Position numbers and translations under genes: made by a program. A stretch of 64,000 nt of DNA from Azolla caroliniana (lineage: Eukaryota; Plantae; Polypodiophyta), in assembly GCA_043228905.1 (NCBI GenBank), contig JBHGNT010000015.1:6076001-6140000 (forward strand). Direction: 5' to 3'. Every line of letters starts with the position of its first letter. Within the stretch, counting starts at the first letter, position 1. A model generated the notes under the pieces. That model had not been told where the DNA came from and made no database searches. It saw nothing but the letters and a program-made list of their open reading frames with translations. Positions 62,901 to 64,000 of this stretch are shown one piece after another.

Positions 62901-64000
62901 AGGGTCATGGACCAGGAGGGGAGGAGTTGTCGGGGACCTGAATCCTCCGAGGCTAGCCGCGTTGCCGGCCGGTTCAATCCCAGATATTCTCCGAATGCGA
63001 CCAGTAACCGCTGAGGAGGCGAGAGGGTGCACCCTCTTCCTTGCCGCCCCTTTCGCCGGTATGTACAAGGGGCCCAAAAGAGGCACGAGACACTGCCCGG
63101 TTAACCGTGCCCACACACACACACACACATATACACACCCGGTTACAGCCGGCACCTCTACACCAGCGACCACACACGCACACGCTCCTAGACCCTACGT
63201 TAATCAGAGACACACACACCTACACACGCAACGCTCGCTGCGACGCCACTACCACGCGGAGAGGAAGAGGGAGCCTGCATCCTAGAGCCAGTTGGGGAGC
63301 TCTCGGGCTCGTTCGCACAATAGGACCCTCGTGTAGGGCCCCGTCTCTTCCGGAGCGACCGCCTCCTGCGCCAAGCTGCCTTTAGGGAGCGCACGGGCTC
63401 GCTGAACCGAGTGGGGTCTTGCGTGCCAATGAGGGAGACCTGCCTACGAACCACCTAGCGCGCGGGCTTCGCATAAACGACAAAAGCCAGCACCTACACA
63501 CACACTCGCAGACATGCCGGACCATGGAGTGTTGAGAGCCAACGAGCAGGAACTTAGGGAAAGCACAGACAGTCCGCATGCCGCCTACCACAACCGAACA
63601 CACCACCTACGCACGCACATAGAAGACACTGAAACCCTAACAGAAAACAGAGACAACGCACCCCTACACCAAGATGAAGAGAAGACAAAGTATATATATG
63701 AAAAGGGGGGCATCCAACCCCGCTCCGAGCCGGCTTCACTCGGAATAAGAAGAAGAACTTAACCCTAACAGAGCTTTGCCGCCATGGCTGCGGCGCCCCA
63801 CTTCTCAAGAAGGAGTAGGAGAAGAAGAAGACTACCAAGAAGTTACTAACCCTAGAAAATTCTTAACAAAGTGACCCTAAAAGAAAGAGGTATACCCTTA
63901 TGAATCAAAATGGGCAACCCTTTAACCAAGGGCGCTCCATTCCTTTTATAGAACAAGGAGAGGGATGCGTTACAATGTGGGATAATTCCCTTATTACAAG

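Larger units (their letters stand above)
52935..64000 (-). mobile_element. Non-autonomous tRNA-Trp-primed Gypsy-type element T1 (3' LTR 52935-54237; 5' LTR from 62855 past the window end) with nested insertions
   Basis: Diverged ~1.3-kb direct repeats; PBS TGGTGAACCCGATGTGAA (62833-62850); PPT ggtgagggagga next to 54237; degenerate gag start; no pol motifs seen. Confidence 0.85.

Noticed and set aside
52935-64000. Many long overlapping ORFs in GC-rich LTR and internal sequence
   Set aside because: No recognisable domains; they recur only because the LTRs are repeated, and GC-rich DNA has few stops.

Overview
Plant nuclear DNA, most likely from a seedless land plant (inferred from the retroelement lineages; the species cannot be determined from the sequence). 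About 85% is decayed, nested retrotransposon. One intact host gene sits in the middle: a minus-strand NOT2/VIP2 (CCR4-NOT subunit) with 12 coding exons, about 644 aa, CDS 25135-30349. LEFT: a Copia element contains a chromodomain Gypsy (Tcn1-like), which contains a full-length 9.8-kb non-chromovirus Gypsy (2195-12035, 435-bp LTRs, TSD ATTTT, extra 3' ORF). A ~585-bp tandem array and RTE and L1 LINE relics follow. RIGHT: a 5'-inverted L1 with a 16-bp TSD, then a deep nest of two Copia families, Tcn1-like copies, an internally deleted relative of the 9.8-kb Gypsy, and five insertions of a tRNA-Trp-primed LTR family with 4-bp CG-centred target sites. Most unusual signals: (1) both members of the non-chromovirus Gypsy family lack a PPT next to the 3' LTR and instead carry a sense copy of a tRNA-Arg 3' end ending in CCA, i.e. 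an inverted second PBS, 2 nt from the LTR; (2) antisense tRNA-like A/B-box modules lie in the U3 of two unrelated LTR families; (3) the Trp-primed family inserts at CpG. All alignments were done by eye, and tRNA and family assignments are from memory and need database confirmation.
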